Positions 21,942-31,043 of a stretch of DNA of 64,000 bases are shown here, one piece after another (position 1 is the stretch's first letter; every line of letters starts with the position of its first letter). The notes under the pieces were generated by a model. It was not told where the DNA came from, made no database searches, and saw only the letters and a list, made by a program, of their open reading frames with translations. This stretch comes from a virus (Duplodnaviria; Caudoviricetes): positions 8,983-72,982 of IMG/VR virus record IMGVR_UViG_3300017492_000028; one strand, given 5' to 3'. Position numbers and translations under genes: made by a program.

Positions 21942-22824
21942 ATGGCTGATAAGGTGTTGTTATAGTAGCAGGCTGAGCTGCTTTAATTTCAGCTACAGTT
22001 TGAGCCACAGGGTTAACTGCTGCTGCAATCTGTTGCGCCGTAATAGCATTTTGGTGTTCAAGATTAAGCTGTGTAGTAAGTGTTGACTTAGCCTCTTGAA
22101 GCGCATCAATCTTAGCTTGAAGTGAACTACGCTCCATGCTATCAAGTTTAGCAATAATCTGCTGAGTATTAGCAGTTGCATTATCTTTAAGACTTTGAGC
22201 ATTATTGCTAACATTCTGATTAATATCACATGTTTGCTGCTGTGTAGCATAAGCAACACTTGAGAAACCACGCTCTTGACCAGTTGCAACATTGTTAATC
22301 TTATCCGCAAGCTGATAAGTCTGATTACTAATACTTTCACGAAGATTACAGCAGCAAGTAGAAAGCTGACTAGCAAGTGTCATATTACCTTGCTGAATAC
22401 TATTTTTAACTTGTTCTGCTGTAAGGTCAGTCTTTGCACCAACATTGGCAACAGCAGTATTCAAATTAGCAATAGCTAACTGAATATTATCAGTAGAAGT
22501 ATTAAGCATAGTTGCAAGACTTGAAATAGAATCAGCATTACGATTAATAGCAGACATTAACAACTCTCGTCCATTATCATTGTTAATAAGATTGCCAAGA
22601 GGACCAAGTCCACTACCGCTACCATTACCCATATTACCAAACAAACCACCATTTCTAAGAAGAGGATATAAGAAGAACAAGAAGATTACCCAAAGGAAAC
22701 CTCCACCACCAAAACCATTACCGCCATTATTCATCATGGCAAGTAACAGCGCAGGATCTACACTGCTATTAGAATTACCATTAGACCTACTATCAGGTAT
22801 CATAAAGATATTACTCTCTGGCAT
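21868..22824 (-). CDS. Gly/Asn-rich membrane-anchored coiled-coil protein with CCC motif (cassette gene 1)
   Basis: 318 aa; GGNGFGGGGFLWVIFLFFL hydrophobic segment, LSTCCCNL, long heptad region. Confidence 0.7.
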   Translation of the reverse strand: MPESNIFMIPDSRSNGNSNSSVDPALLLAMMNNGGNGFGGGGFLWVIFLFFLYPLLRNGGLFGNMGNGSGSGLGPLGNLINNDNGRELLMSAINRNADSISSLATMLNTSTDNIQLAIANLNTAVANVGAKTDLTAEQVKNSIQQGNMTLASQLSTCCCNLRESISNQTYQLADKINNVATGQERGFSSVAYATQQQTCDINQNVSNNAQSLKDNATANTQQIIAKLDSMERSSLQAKIDALQEAKSTLTTQLNLEHQNAITAQQIAAAVNPVAQTVAEIKAAQPATITTPYQPFVAVPNCVAAQYGIYGTGATGFWY

Positions 22825-22890
22825 AACATTTAAATTTTTAATTAATACTTTAGTTAATACTTACTTTGTAACGTTACGTCAGCAAAAGTG

Positions 22891-22930
22891 CAAAAAAAAA
22901 CACTTAGAATTTGAACAATCCTAAGTGTTT
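22891..22930 (-). terminator. Rho-independent terminator after the HTH gene
   Basis: AAACACTTAG...CTAAGTGTTT inverted repeat followed by a long T run on the minus strand. Confidence 0.7.
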
Positions 22931-22952
22931 AATTTAAATAGTTGAAATACAA

Positions 22953-23249
22953 CTACTTGTGTTTAGTAACATATTCGTCTAATACTGATTTGCTCCATGA
23001 TAATTCTTTAAAACCAACATCTTTACGTCCTTTTGGTAGTTTACCGTCATGAACTAAATTATCAAATGTTGCTCTGCTTACATGCAAATATCTACATGCT
23101 TGTTCTTTACTTAGCCTTGTTGAAGTTATTTCATTAAGACAAGACAATATCATTTGTCCGTCAGCTTCACTAATTGTAGAATTGCCTGCATCTATATCAT
23201 CAACGAGTTTAGCAAGTATGTTACGAATTACATGTATCATTATACACAA
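22953..23249 (-). CDS. Small HTH DNA-binding protein (excisionase/AlpA-like)
   Basis: RLSKEQACRYLHVSRATFDNLVHDGKLPKGRK. Confidence 0.65.
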   Translation of the reverse strand: MCIMIHVIRNILAKLVDDIDAGNSTISEADGQMILSCLNEITSTRLSKEQACRYLHVSRATFDNLVHDGKLPKGRKDVGFKELSWSKSVLDEYVTKHK

Positions 23250-24103
23250 ATAGTATTAATCTCATCATCTGTTATAGCTACCATTGCATCAAGACTTGCC
23301 TGCAACTCTGCTTCAGCCGCTTTAGCACGAGCAATTTCTGCTGTCAAACTAGCATTCAAATTAGAAATATTAGTAGTATTGGTAGCAATATTAGTCTTAT
23401 TAGTTGCAATATTTGTTGCATTAGCACTTTCAGCAGCTTTAGCACGAGTTGTTTCAGTACTTATTGCGTCTGCATTAGTCTGCTCTGCTGCTTTAGCGCG
23501 TGTAACTTCGTCAGACAAATCAGAAGTAAGAGTATTCTCTGCCGTCTGTGCGCGAGTAGTCTCTGTTGAAATTGCAGTAGCATTTGTTGACTCTGCTGCT
23601 TTAGCACGAGTTACTTCATTATCAAGATTGGTCTGAACTGCTGCAATCTTATTAGTAATAGTAGATGCAAAATTCGCATCATCACCAAGTGCATCAGCCA
23701 ACTCTTTCAATGTATCAAGAGCCTCTGGGGCAGCACCAACCACGTTCTCAATAGCAGTAGTAACTTCAGTTTTTGTCTGATACTCACTGTCATTCTCAAG
23801 CTGAGAAACCTTAGTTACATTCTTAGCATTAGCCTCAATTCCGTCAAGTTTAGCCTTGTAAGCATCAGTAAAATCATTAGCAGAAAGAGCTTTTCCCTCT
23901 ACCTTATCAACTTTAGTTGCTTCAGCTGCTGTAGCACGAGTTTGCTCTGCTGCTATTGCATCAGAGTTCTTAGTCTCTGCTGTTGTAGCACGAGTAATCT
24001 CGTTACTGAGAGCTGTCGTAAGAGAGCTATTAAGATTAGATACCTGTGTTTTAATTAAATTCCAAAGGGTTTTAAGACCAGTTTCATTAAGATATTTAGC
24101 CAT
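23240..24103 (-). CDS. Tail fibre component, coiled-coil
   Basis: 287 aa; ExTRAxAAE repeats, APEALDTLKELADAL motif, shared N- and C-terminal modules. Confidence 0.7.
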   Translation of the reverse strand: MAKYLNETGLKTLWNLIKTQVSNLNSSLTTALSNEITRATTAETKNSDAIAAEQTRATAAEATKVDKVEGKALSANDFTDAYKAKLDGIEANAKNVTKVSQLENDSEYQTKTEVTTAIENVVGAAPEALDTLKELADALGDDANFASTITNKIAAVQTNLDNEVTRAKAAESTNATAISTETTRAQTAENTLTSDLSDEVTRAKAAEQTNADAISTETTRAKAAESANATNIATNKTNIATNTTNISNLNASLTAEIARAKAAEAELQASLDAMVAITDDEINTICV

Positions 24104-24136
24104 AATGATATTATTTTTAAATTGTTTATTATTAAT

Positions 24137-24721
24137 TTATTGACAAATTGTTATAACTTCCGCAGAAGATATTGCGGTAATTGCATTAATTTTAGCAGTA
24201 TTTGTATCTATACCATTTTGAAGTACCAAATGTTCAGCTGCTGCTGATAACTGTGTTTCAAAAATAGTATCACTTTGTTCTTTATTGTAATAATCTGCAA
24301 GGTCTATTTCAGACCTAAAATCACCAAGTTTCTCGTAATCATTAATTGTGTTAGAAGAACCATCACCACGATAAAGATACTCTGTATAGAGATTATTTTC
24401 ACTATCTGCGGTTTTAAGAAGATAAACCTTATTAGTATCTGGTTCATCCACAGGAATTGATGATACAACATTGAAAAGCTCTTTATTTACCAAATCAATG
24501 TTTTCTCCTGTTAACAAACTTTTTCCATTAATCGTTGCAATGTTGACATTATCAACAAGATTATCTTGCTTTGTTTCAGCAAGTGTTGCAATGTCATTTT
24601 CATTGGTTGTGATTTCACTACTAATTTCGTCAAACAACTTGCTTAGCTGATATTTTTGTGCATCACTAAGATTAATTGAATTAAGCTTGTTAAAAAAATA
24701 ACTTAAACTACTATTCTCCAT
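24137..24721 (-). CDS. Tail fibre-associated protein
   Basis: 194 aa; KQDNLVDNVNIATINGKSLL motif is also in the 1261-aa fibre; ends AISSAEVITIC. Confidence 0.55.
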   Translation of the reverse strand: MENSSLSYFFNKLNSINLSDAQKYQLSKLFDEISSEITTNENDIATLAETKQDNLVDNVNIATINGKSLLTGENIDLVNKELFNVVSSIPVDEPDTNKVYLLKTADSENNLYTEYLYRGDGSSNTINDYEKLGDFRSEIDLADYYNKEQSDTIFETQLSAAAEHLVLQNGIDTNTAKINAITAISSAEVITICQ

Positions 24722-25085
24722 TTTTTACAAGACTTTTATAATCTATATTATATTTCTTACATATAGGTTTAATAATCCAACTCCATGAAACAGGTGATAC
24801 AATAGATGAATTAAGAAGAACTAGCTTGTTTTCATAATCACCAATGTACAGGTAACATCCTGCTATAATTACTATACTGCATACAAGTAGCACACGTTTC
24901 GTAAAAGTTGAAACTACTTTTGCCCCATTAAGATAATCTACAATGTTAATCAATATATATGTTAATACATTTACTATTAAAATAAATGTAAAATCAAAAT
25001 TATTGAATACTTTTTGTATTATTTCATCTATCATAATTATGACTACTAAGTTGCCGCACAAACAGCCCGAACATATTTTACCCAA
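24711..25085 (-). CDS. Holin-like membrane protein
   Basis: 124 aa, about three hydrophobic segments, basic C-terminus. Confidence 0.45.
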   Translation of the reverse strand: MGKICSGCLCGNLVVIIMIDEIIQKVFNNFDFTFILIVNVLTYILINIVDYLNGAKVVSTFTKRVLLVCSIVIIAGCYLYIGDYENKLVLLNSSIVSPVSWSWIIKPICKKYNIDYKSLVKNGE

Positions 25086-25801
25086 TCTTTATTACCAGCA
25101 TATTGACCTGTAGAACCATTTGGTTCTAGTCGCCAAGCATACGCTGTATCAAATTGTGTTGATGACCAATAAGCCTCATTTGAAGCAATCTCTGTACCTC
25201 CAACAAGAGTAAGAGCACTGTTAAGGTCTGTTGAAAAACAATCCATACTATACAACTCTGTTATTGTTGGCAAATAACCATTCTTACCATTTGGAAACAC
25301 ATAGTTTTTACATTCATAAGCCGCATAACCGTCAGCAGAAGTTCCTTGCGCTGCAATGATTGCATCGGTATTAGCTTCTCCGGCAACATCATACGATCGT
25401 CTAGCCACAGTTACACTACCTGTAGCAGTACTATCATCATATATAGTTGTACAACCGTCTATTAATAATTTTCTACTTCCCCATGCTCTTTTTGTGCAAT
25501 CAGTTAATGCTACAATAAAAGCAAAATACGTAGTAGGAGTATAAGAAATTTCGTTATGTCCTCTAATGTCAACAACTGCAATTCCAACTACATTGTCATT
25601 ATTCGTTGTGTCCCATTCTGCTGGCTTAGTATAATTGCCGTCCATATCATAAACATAAACACCTCTAATTTTAGGATATTTAGTTCCATGATATTTATCA
25701 ATTTGTTCATCAACATACTCTTTAGTTACGCATATATCGGCTGCATAACCTTTTAGCTTACTCCAAAATGTTTCTACACCATGTTTATCTAAGTACTTCA
25801 T
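25046..25801 (-). CDS. Putative receptor-binding protein with C-type-lectin-fold (DUF1566/Lcl-like) C-terminus
   Basis: 251 aa; YLPTITEL...YWSSTQ...AWRL...VRAVC motifs; shared N-terminal module. Confidence 0.6.
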   Translation of the reverse strand: MKYLDKHGVETFWSKLKGYAADICVTKEYVDEQIDKYHGTKYPKIRGVYVYDMDGNYTKPAEWDTTNNDNVVGIAVVDIRGHNEISYTPTTYFAFIVALTDCTKRAWGSRKLLIDGCTTIYDDSTATGSVTVARRSYDVAGEANTDAIIAAQGTSADGYAAYECKNYVFPNGKNGYLPTITELYSMDCFSTDLNSALTLVGGTEIASNEAYWSSTQFDTAYAWRLEPNGSTGQYAGNKDWVKYVRAVCAAT

Positions 25802-25812
25802 GAATATATGTT

Positions 25813-25941
25813 TTAAGTTGTACTAGAATGATATTTGCTTATTTGCTCATCAACATAGTCTTTAGTAGCATAATTATTGTCAATAAACTCTTTTACTTTA
25901 GCCCAAAGAGTTGCAAGACCTTGTTCATCTAAATATTCCAT
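25813..25941 (-). CDS. 42-aa micropeptide made only of the fibre N-terminal module (not in the ORF track)
   Basis: MEYLDEQGLATLWAKVKEFIDNNYATKDYVDEQISKYHSSTT, closely paralogous to the N-terminus of the next gene; fills the intergenic gap. Confidence 0.75.
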   Translation of the reverse strand: MEYLDEQGLATLWAKVKEFIDNNYATKDYVDEQISKYHSSTT

Positions 25942-25957
25942 ATATATATATATTATA

Positions 25958-26572
25958 TTATATTTTCTTTATGCGAATATAGTCTATTTGCCCTATGGCA
26001 TATCTTTGCAAAGTACTACCGTCGCTGCCATAAGCAGCCCCAAGAACAATATTATTATCAAAGTTTATACTATGCTTATAAACAAGAGTATCATGACCCG
26101 TGTAACCAGTACTACAATTAAAATAAGATACATCACCTATTTTAGTCCATTTTACAATAAGTGGATAATAAGCTTCACCGTCATTATAATCAATACTAAT
26201 ATACTTTGTAGATTCATCAAAATTAAGCTCAACAGCATAATGCCCTGTACTTTCATTAGCTGCATAAGCTCTGCGAATGTTAATACCTGCATAAGCACCA
26301 CTTACTTCATTATACGCACTAAATATGGTAGAATAATCACCGTCGGCATTAGCATCAGGATCGAATCTCATAAGCATAGTACACTCAAAGTTTGGTGCGT
26401 CAGTAGCAAAAGGCTTAAACGGTACTTCTATTGCATTTGTTCCGTCAAACTCTAAACTATTGTTTTTATAGATTGTAGCACTTTCGCTTTCATCACTCAA
26501 TGTATAGTCTTGAATAGTAGTTTTAATCTTTGCCCATAGGGTATTTAAACCATGCTCATCTAAAAACTTCAT
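25958..26572 (-). CDS. Fibre-associated protein with LamG/concanavalin-like lectin domain
   Basis: 204 aa; LEFDGTNAIEVP...NIVLGAA...GQIDYIRI pattern; shared N-terminal module. Confidence 0.55.
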   Translation of the reverse strand: MKFLDEHGLNTLWAKIKTTIQDYTLSDESESATIYKNNSLEFDGTNAIEVPFKPFATDAPNFECTMLMRFDPDANADGDYSTIFSAYNEVSGAYAGINIRRAYAANESTGHYAVELNFDESTKYISIDYNDGEAYYPLIVKWTKIGDVSYFNCSTGYTGHDTLVYKHSINFDNNIVLGAAYGSDGSTLQRYAIGQIDYIRIKKI

Positions 26573-26943
26573 TTATCACATTTTAAATATATTATTAACG
26601 TTACAACCATTAATACAAAATAGCATATAACGTTCACTATCAAAAGTTCTAAATTTGATATTGGAATACCAATGTAATAATCATAATACGTAAGTATATT
26701 ATTTATTACAACATAATGCAGAAACATTCTGTGATATTCACAATATCTAAATACATAAGAACTAACATATAAGAATACCAAAGGTATAATACCTGTACCA
26801 CTAAGAATAGATATTAATTGACAATCAATATTAAAATAAGATAGAACCGTATTAATTGCATACGAAGTTGCCAATATAAAAGGCATTATTTTTAATAGTA
26901 TCAATTCTATTTTATATAATATTTTACTTTGTCTAACTTCCAT
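26569..26943 (-). CDS. Multi-pass membrane protein
   Basis: 124 aa with about four hydrophobic segments. Confidence 0.6.
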   Translation of the reverse strand: MEVRQSKILYKIELILLKIMPFILATSYAINTVLSYFNIDCQLISILSGTGIIPLVFLYVSSYVFRYCEYHRMFLHYVVINNILTYYDYYIGIPISNLELLIVNVICYFVLMVVTLIIYLKCDK

Positions 26944-27100
26944 ATCTAAATACTCTTCTTGTTTTGGTAACTCCTGCCTTTTGAACTACAGGGTTTGGTC
27001 TGCCATTTGGCTTATTCACAAATTTAATCGGTTCTCTTTTAGGACTATCTCTATTTGAAACAAATCCTTTTTTTACTAACTTAATTACTTTGTTAGGCAT
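26933..27100 (-). CDS. 55-aa basic peptide (not in the ORF track)
   Basis: MPNKVIKLVKKG...KAGVTKTRRVFRYGS; ATG abuts the stop of the 1261-aa gene; its stop overlaps the next start. Confidence 0.6.
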   Translation of the reverse strand: MPNKVIKLVKKGFVSNRDSPKREPIKFVNKPNGRPNPVVQKAGVTKTRRVFRYGS

Positions 27101-30100
27101 TTAATCTGTATCTTTTGTAAACCATGTTTCTGGATTATCTATTAAACCTTGAAATGTAGGTCTATCATTTTCAATACTAGCTACTATATCCCCATTAGCA
27201 TAATATATGTCATAATCACCCTTAATGGTATTTCCTTTATAAAAAGATGCACCATTGCAAAATACTAGATAGCAACTTGTATCTATTTCATACGGTACAA
27301 AGAAAGTACCATTTAATTCATATTGCTCAACACCGTCTTTACAATATACTAGTGATATGTTACTATAATATTGACCGCTAACATTAAGATTATTATCATT
27401 ATAATTACCTGTGGTTATAGTTGGCTGTTGCTTACTATAAAAACCATTTGCTAAATACGTAGGATAGCAACCATTATCTCCATTAACGGTATCTTGTCTA
27501 GTACATATTTTAGAAGTATAGGAACTATCTCCTGTATCATGCGCTGCAAAAATATAGAGATAACCTGCTGCTGTAGTTTTAAGGTTCATTAGTATAGCAT
27601 TTACATAAGCATTTAGAGTAACCGTTGAGTTTAGCGAGTTTATTGTATATATGGACGAGAATAAAGTGAAACTATAAGGTATAGTTTTATTTAATCCCGT
27701 CCATTTCTGAAAATTTACAATATACCAGCCTCCGTCATCAGGATTTTTCATTGCAAGCTGACAGCCACTACCAGTGGTAAAAAAGCCTGCTACAGTTTCT
27801 CCAGCAGAATTTTTAAATTTATACGCTAAACTATCTTCTGATATAGCTGTTTCACTTCCTGCATTAAGTGTAGTACTTATACTATTTGCAGTAACATTAC
27901 CTTCATTATCAACAATAAATTTGTCATTGTAATTAATACTACTATCACTACCAGTGTTTATAGCAATACCGTTTTCAGTGAGTGTTACATTGCCATATTG
28001 TGTACCTTTTTGAACACAAGCCGCAATTTTATTATCATACTGTGTAATACTACTCTGCGCGGTTGTAAGACCTTTTTCTGTAGCAGTTATACGAGTTTCA
28101 AAACTATTTGCAGTTTGGGTTAGCTTACTTACGCTACCTTTTACAGTAGTTACTTCACCTGTTAGATTATTATATTCAGTCTGCAAGCTAGCTACATTAG
28201 TACTGATTTCATTTGCTTTTTCACTAATACTACTGTAATTTTCTGATACTTCTGTAATTTTATCTGTATTAGTATCTACAGAAGTTTGCAACTCTTTTAC
28301 CTGTGTTTGTATTTTATTCGCTTGCTGTGTAATATTACTATAATTAGAAGTTAACGTTGCTACATTACCAGAAACTGTGTTTATACTACTTTGCATAGAT
28401 TTGCTAAATATTATAGCATTATCTATTACACTATTACTATAATTCGTTGATTCTGTAGTAAACGTTACATGGGCTGAATAAAGATGACTATCAACATTGA
28501 CTGATACATCATATCCGCCACTATTCATTGGAATAGTTAAGTCTATCTTATCACCACTCGAATTATAAGTACCGTCAGTAACAACCTGTGTAGGAACATT
28601 AGTAATTTCAATATATCCACAATAGTTATCACCAGAAGAATTTACAAACTTTGTTGAACAATTACTTTCATTGCTTATTGCAACATCACTATTGGCTATA
28701 CTCAGCAGTGTTGTTCCCTTATATGCAACAATATAACTACGTGCGTCATCAAGATCAGCTGAATAAACCCCCTCCGTTGCACCTGCTTCAAGTGGAAGAA
28801 CAAGGGATGTTGGTGAAATACCAATTACAAGCTGTTCAGAACCACTGTCCCCACTATTAGTAGCAGTTCCAGCAATCATCACAGCACTCATTGTTCCATA
28901 TAATGTAACAGTGGTATTATTACTAGCATCTTCTGCATAATAGGCTTCAACAGTAAAAGGAATCTCATAACTTCCAAGACTAAGACCACTATAAGGTTTA
29001 GCTGTTATACTGTCGCTAGTTGACGTTACATCAATATACTGTGTAGGCAATGAATCTGTGTCAACTGTAATGCTTTTTATAGTAGCATTGCTTACAGTAA
29101 CTGCATCATTGCTGTCAACAGTTGCACGACTAACAGTAATCTTGTTTTTCAAACTAGTTGGAGTAATACTTATGGTATCATCACTTTCAGTTTTTACAAA
29201 AACGGCTATTGGAGAACTCTGGTTAAGAGTAAATGAAGAAGTACTTGCTTCATTAGCACTATCAGCATCATCAATTCTTTGAGGAGAAGTCCAACCACTT
29301 ATTGTTCCGTCACTTTTTGCAATAGCAGTACTCATCCATACACCCTTGCTATAATCATCAACAACTTCATACCAACCTGTAGGATAAGTAACAGTTAGTG
29401 TAGTCCAATTAAAGCTTCCTCCTGTAGGAGTTGCAGGTTTAGTATCACTGTTACAGAAAGCAGTAATATTGACGTAAGCTGCTGCATCACCACCTGTATT
29501 CTTTCCGTCATAAGCATAACGAGTCCAAAGAGCAGCTTTTCCTGTATCAGCATTACCTTTAAAATTACCCCAAACACCGTCTGTTTGTTTTCTAAGACAA
29601 ACCCATTCATAGCAATTAGTTTCATCAACACCCTGTGGATTATCAGTCCAACCAGTAGGAACATAATCATCCTTGTTTACACTTGTTGGAATATTTGGTG
29701 CATCGTTGCTTGTAGTACGAGTAAATATATACTCAATACTATCACCGTCAGTACCTTGTTTTCCATAAACGCTCCACCTTGCTGGAGTTGACCAACTCCC
29801 CCAAGTTCCGTCTGTCTTTACTCTTTGGCATATCCACTCTACGGGGGAGCTTTCTGTAATCCCTTGCGCTCTATCAGTCCAACCTGTAGGAACAAAATCA
29901 TCAGTGTCTTCATTTTCTGTTGGAGTACTTACAACAGTATCATAACTGTTAACAAGTTTATAAATAAACTCATAGCCTTTTCCGTCAGTTCCTGCACTAC
30001 CCTCACCACCACTTGATGAGCCATCAACAGCAGTAATTCTTACAGGAGTTGACCAAGCAGTATTTTGCTTACCTGTTGTAATATTCCAATCAGCACTACT

Positions 30101-30886
30101 CATATAAGTAATCTTACCCTCAATATGAGTTAAATCCCAGCCACTTGGAGGAGTAAGAGTAGCGGTACTAGTATTGTAAGTACCCCCCGTAGGAGAAGTG
30201 ATTGTGTCATCAATAACACTTGAGACATTCTTATAAATAAACTTAGACACAATGACATCTACACTGCCAGCAGCAGTTCCCGGGTCGCCTTTATCTCCTT
30301 TATCACCCTTATCACCTTTGTCTCCTTTGTCTCCTTTGTTTCCTTTATCGCCTTTATCACCTTTATCACCCTTTGTTCCTTTTGCGCCTGCTGGAATACC
30401 AAATGAAAAATTCAGCGTATCATCGTTCATTGTTACATGCGCTTCGGCTGTACTTGCTTCATGAGCAGTAGCAACAGCTGATACATCGCCAAATTGCACA
30501 CCGTCTTTTCCAGCAGGAATTGCAAATTCAAAACTAAGTTTATTATCTTCTACATCAACATAAGCTGCTGCTTGTTCAGCACTAACAGCTGTTGCTTCAA
30601 CCTCAATATCACTAAGTTTAAATTTTGGAACTCCAATATTAAGGTCAATAGACTTTTTATCAGTTTTTGCAAAAGTACTTAGCTCATCACTTTCTTGTGC
30701 GGTAAAGTTTACTTGCACATCAGATAAATCTGTTTCGATAGCAATATCTCCACTACCTAAAATAGATTCTCCATTAATGGTCTTAATATTCTCACCAGAA
30801 ACAAGTTTATCTTGCTTCTTACTAAGTAGAACTTTTAGTTCTTCCCAAAAGACTTTAAGACCACATATATCTAATAACTTGACCAT
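27101..30886 (-). CDS. Long tail fibre with collagen-like segment
   Basis: 1261 aa; (GDK)n collagen run, repeated PTGWTD...EW.C.R...DG.WG and PTGG..N.TT.T.T.P.GW units, coiled coil, distinct C-terminal domain. Confidence 0.8.
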   Translation of the reverse strand: MVKLLDICGLKVFWEELKVLLSKKQDKLVSGENIKTINGESILGSGDIAIETDLSDVQVNFTAQESDELSTFAKTDKKSIDLNIGVPKFKLSDIEVEATAVSAEQAAAYVDVEDNKLSFEFAIPAGKDGVQFGDVSAVATAHEASTAEAHVTMNDDTLNFSFGIPAGAKGTKGDKGDKGDKGNKGDKGDKGDKGDKGDKGDPGTAAGSVDVIVSKFIYKNVSSVIDDTITSPTGGTYNTSTATLTPPSGWDLTHIEGKITYMSSADWNITTGKQNTAWSTPVRITAVDGSSSGGEGSAGTDGKGYEFIYKLVNSYDTVVSTPTENEDTDDFVPTGWTDRAQGITESSPVEWICQRVKTDGTWGSWSTPARWSVYGKQGTDGDSIEYIFTRTTSNDAPNIPTSVNKDDYVPTGWTDNPQGVDETNCYEWVCLRKQTDGVWGNFKGNADTGKAALWTRYAYDGKNTGGDAAAYVNITAFCNSDTKPATPTGGSFNWTTLTVTYPTGWYEVVDDYSKGVWMSTAIAKSDGTISGWTSPQRIDDADSANEASTSSFTLNQSSPIAVFVKTESDDTISITPTSLKNKITVSRATVDSNDAVTVSNATIKSITVDTDSLPTQYIDVTSTSDSITAKPYSGLSLGSYEIPFTVEAYYAEDASNNTTVTLYGTMSAVMIAGTATNSGDSGSEQLVIGISPTSLVLPLEAGATEGVYSADLDDARSYIVAYKGTTLLSIANSDVAISNESNCSTKFVNSSGDNYCGYIEITNVPTQVVTDGTYNSSGDKIDLTIPMNSGGYDVSVNVDSHLYSAHVTFTTESTNYSNSVIDNAIIFSKSMQSSINTVSGNVATLTSNYSNITQQANKIQTQVKELQTSVDTNTDKITEVSENYSSISEKANEISTNVASLQTEYNNLTGEVTTVKGSVSKLTQTANSFETRITATEKGLTTAQSSITQYDNKIAACVQKGTQYGNVTLTENGIAINTGSDSSINYNDKFIVDNEGNVTANSISTTLNAGSETAISEDSLAYKFKNSAGETVAGFFTTGSGCQLAMKNPDDGGWYIVNFQKWTGLNKTIPYSFTLFSSIYTINSLNSTVTLNAYVNAILMNLKTTAAGYLYIFAAHDTGDSSYTSKICTRQDTVNGDNGCYPTYLANGFYSKQQPTITTGNYNDNNLNVSGQYYSNISLVYCKDGVEQYELNGTFFVPYEIDTSCYLVFCNGASFYKGNTIKGDYDIYYANGDIVASIENDRPTFQGLIDNPETWFTKDTD
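30280..30390 (-). repeat. 9-bp tandem repeat encoding collagen-like Gly-Asp-Lys
   Basis: GAKGTKGDKGDKGDKGNKGDKGDKGDKGDKGDKGDPG. Confidence 0.9.
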
Positions 30887-30904
30887 AATATATATATATA
30901 TATA

Positions 30905-30997
30905 TTAGTTTGAACTTAACTTTTTATCAGCATACGCCTTTATTTTCTCGATGATTATCTTCAAATCATCATAATCTACAAATTCTGTCATAATCAT
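30905..30997 (-). CDS. 28-30-aa micropeptide resembling the fibre N-terminal module (not in the ORF track)
   Basis: (MI)MTEFVDYDDLKIIIEKIKAYADKKLSSN, between a terminator and the long fibre gene. Confidence 0.55.
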   Translation of the reverse strand: MIMTEFVDYDDLKIIIEKIKAYADKKLSSN

Positions 30998-31005
30998 AAA
31001 GTTTA

Positions 31006-31037
31006 AAACTAGGAGGAGAATTAACTCCACCTAGTTT
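31006..31037 (-). terminator. Rho-independent terminator after the 537-aa fibre gene
   Basis: AAACTAGGTGGAG-TTAATT-CTCCTCCTAGTTTT on the minus strand. Confidence 0.6.
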
Positions 31038-31043
31038 GATTGT

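Noticed and set aside
25046-25801. Complete diversity-generating retroelement
   Set aside because: No reverse transcriptase ORF or template repeat seen in the window; only a target-like domain.
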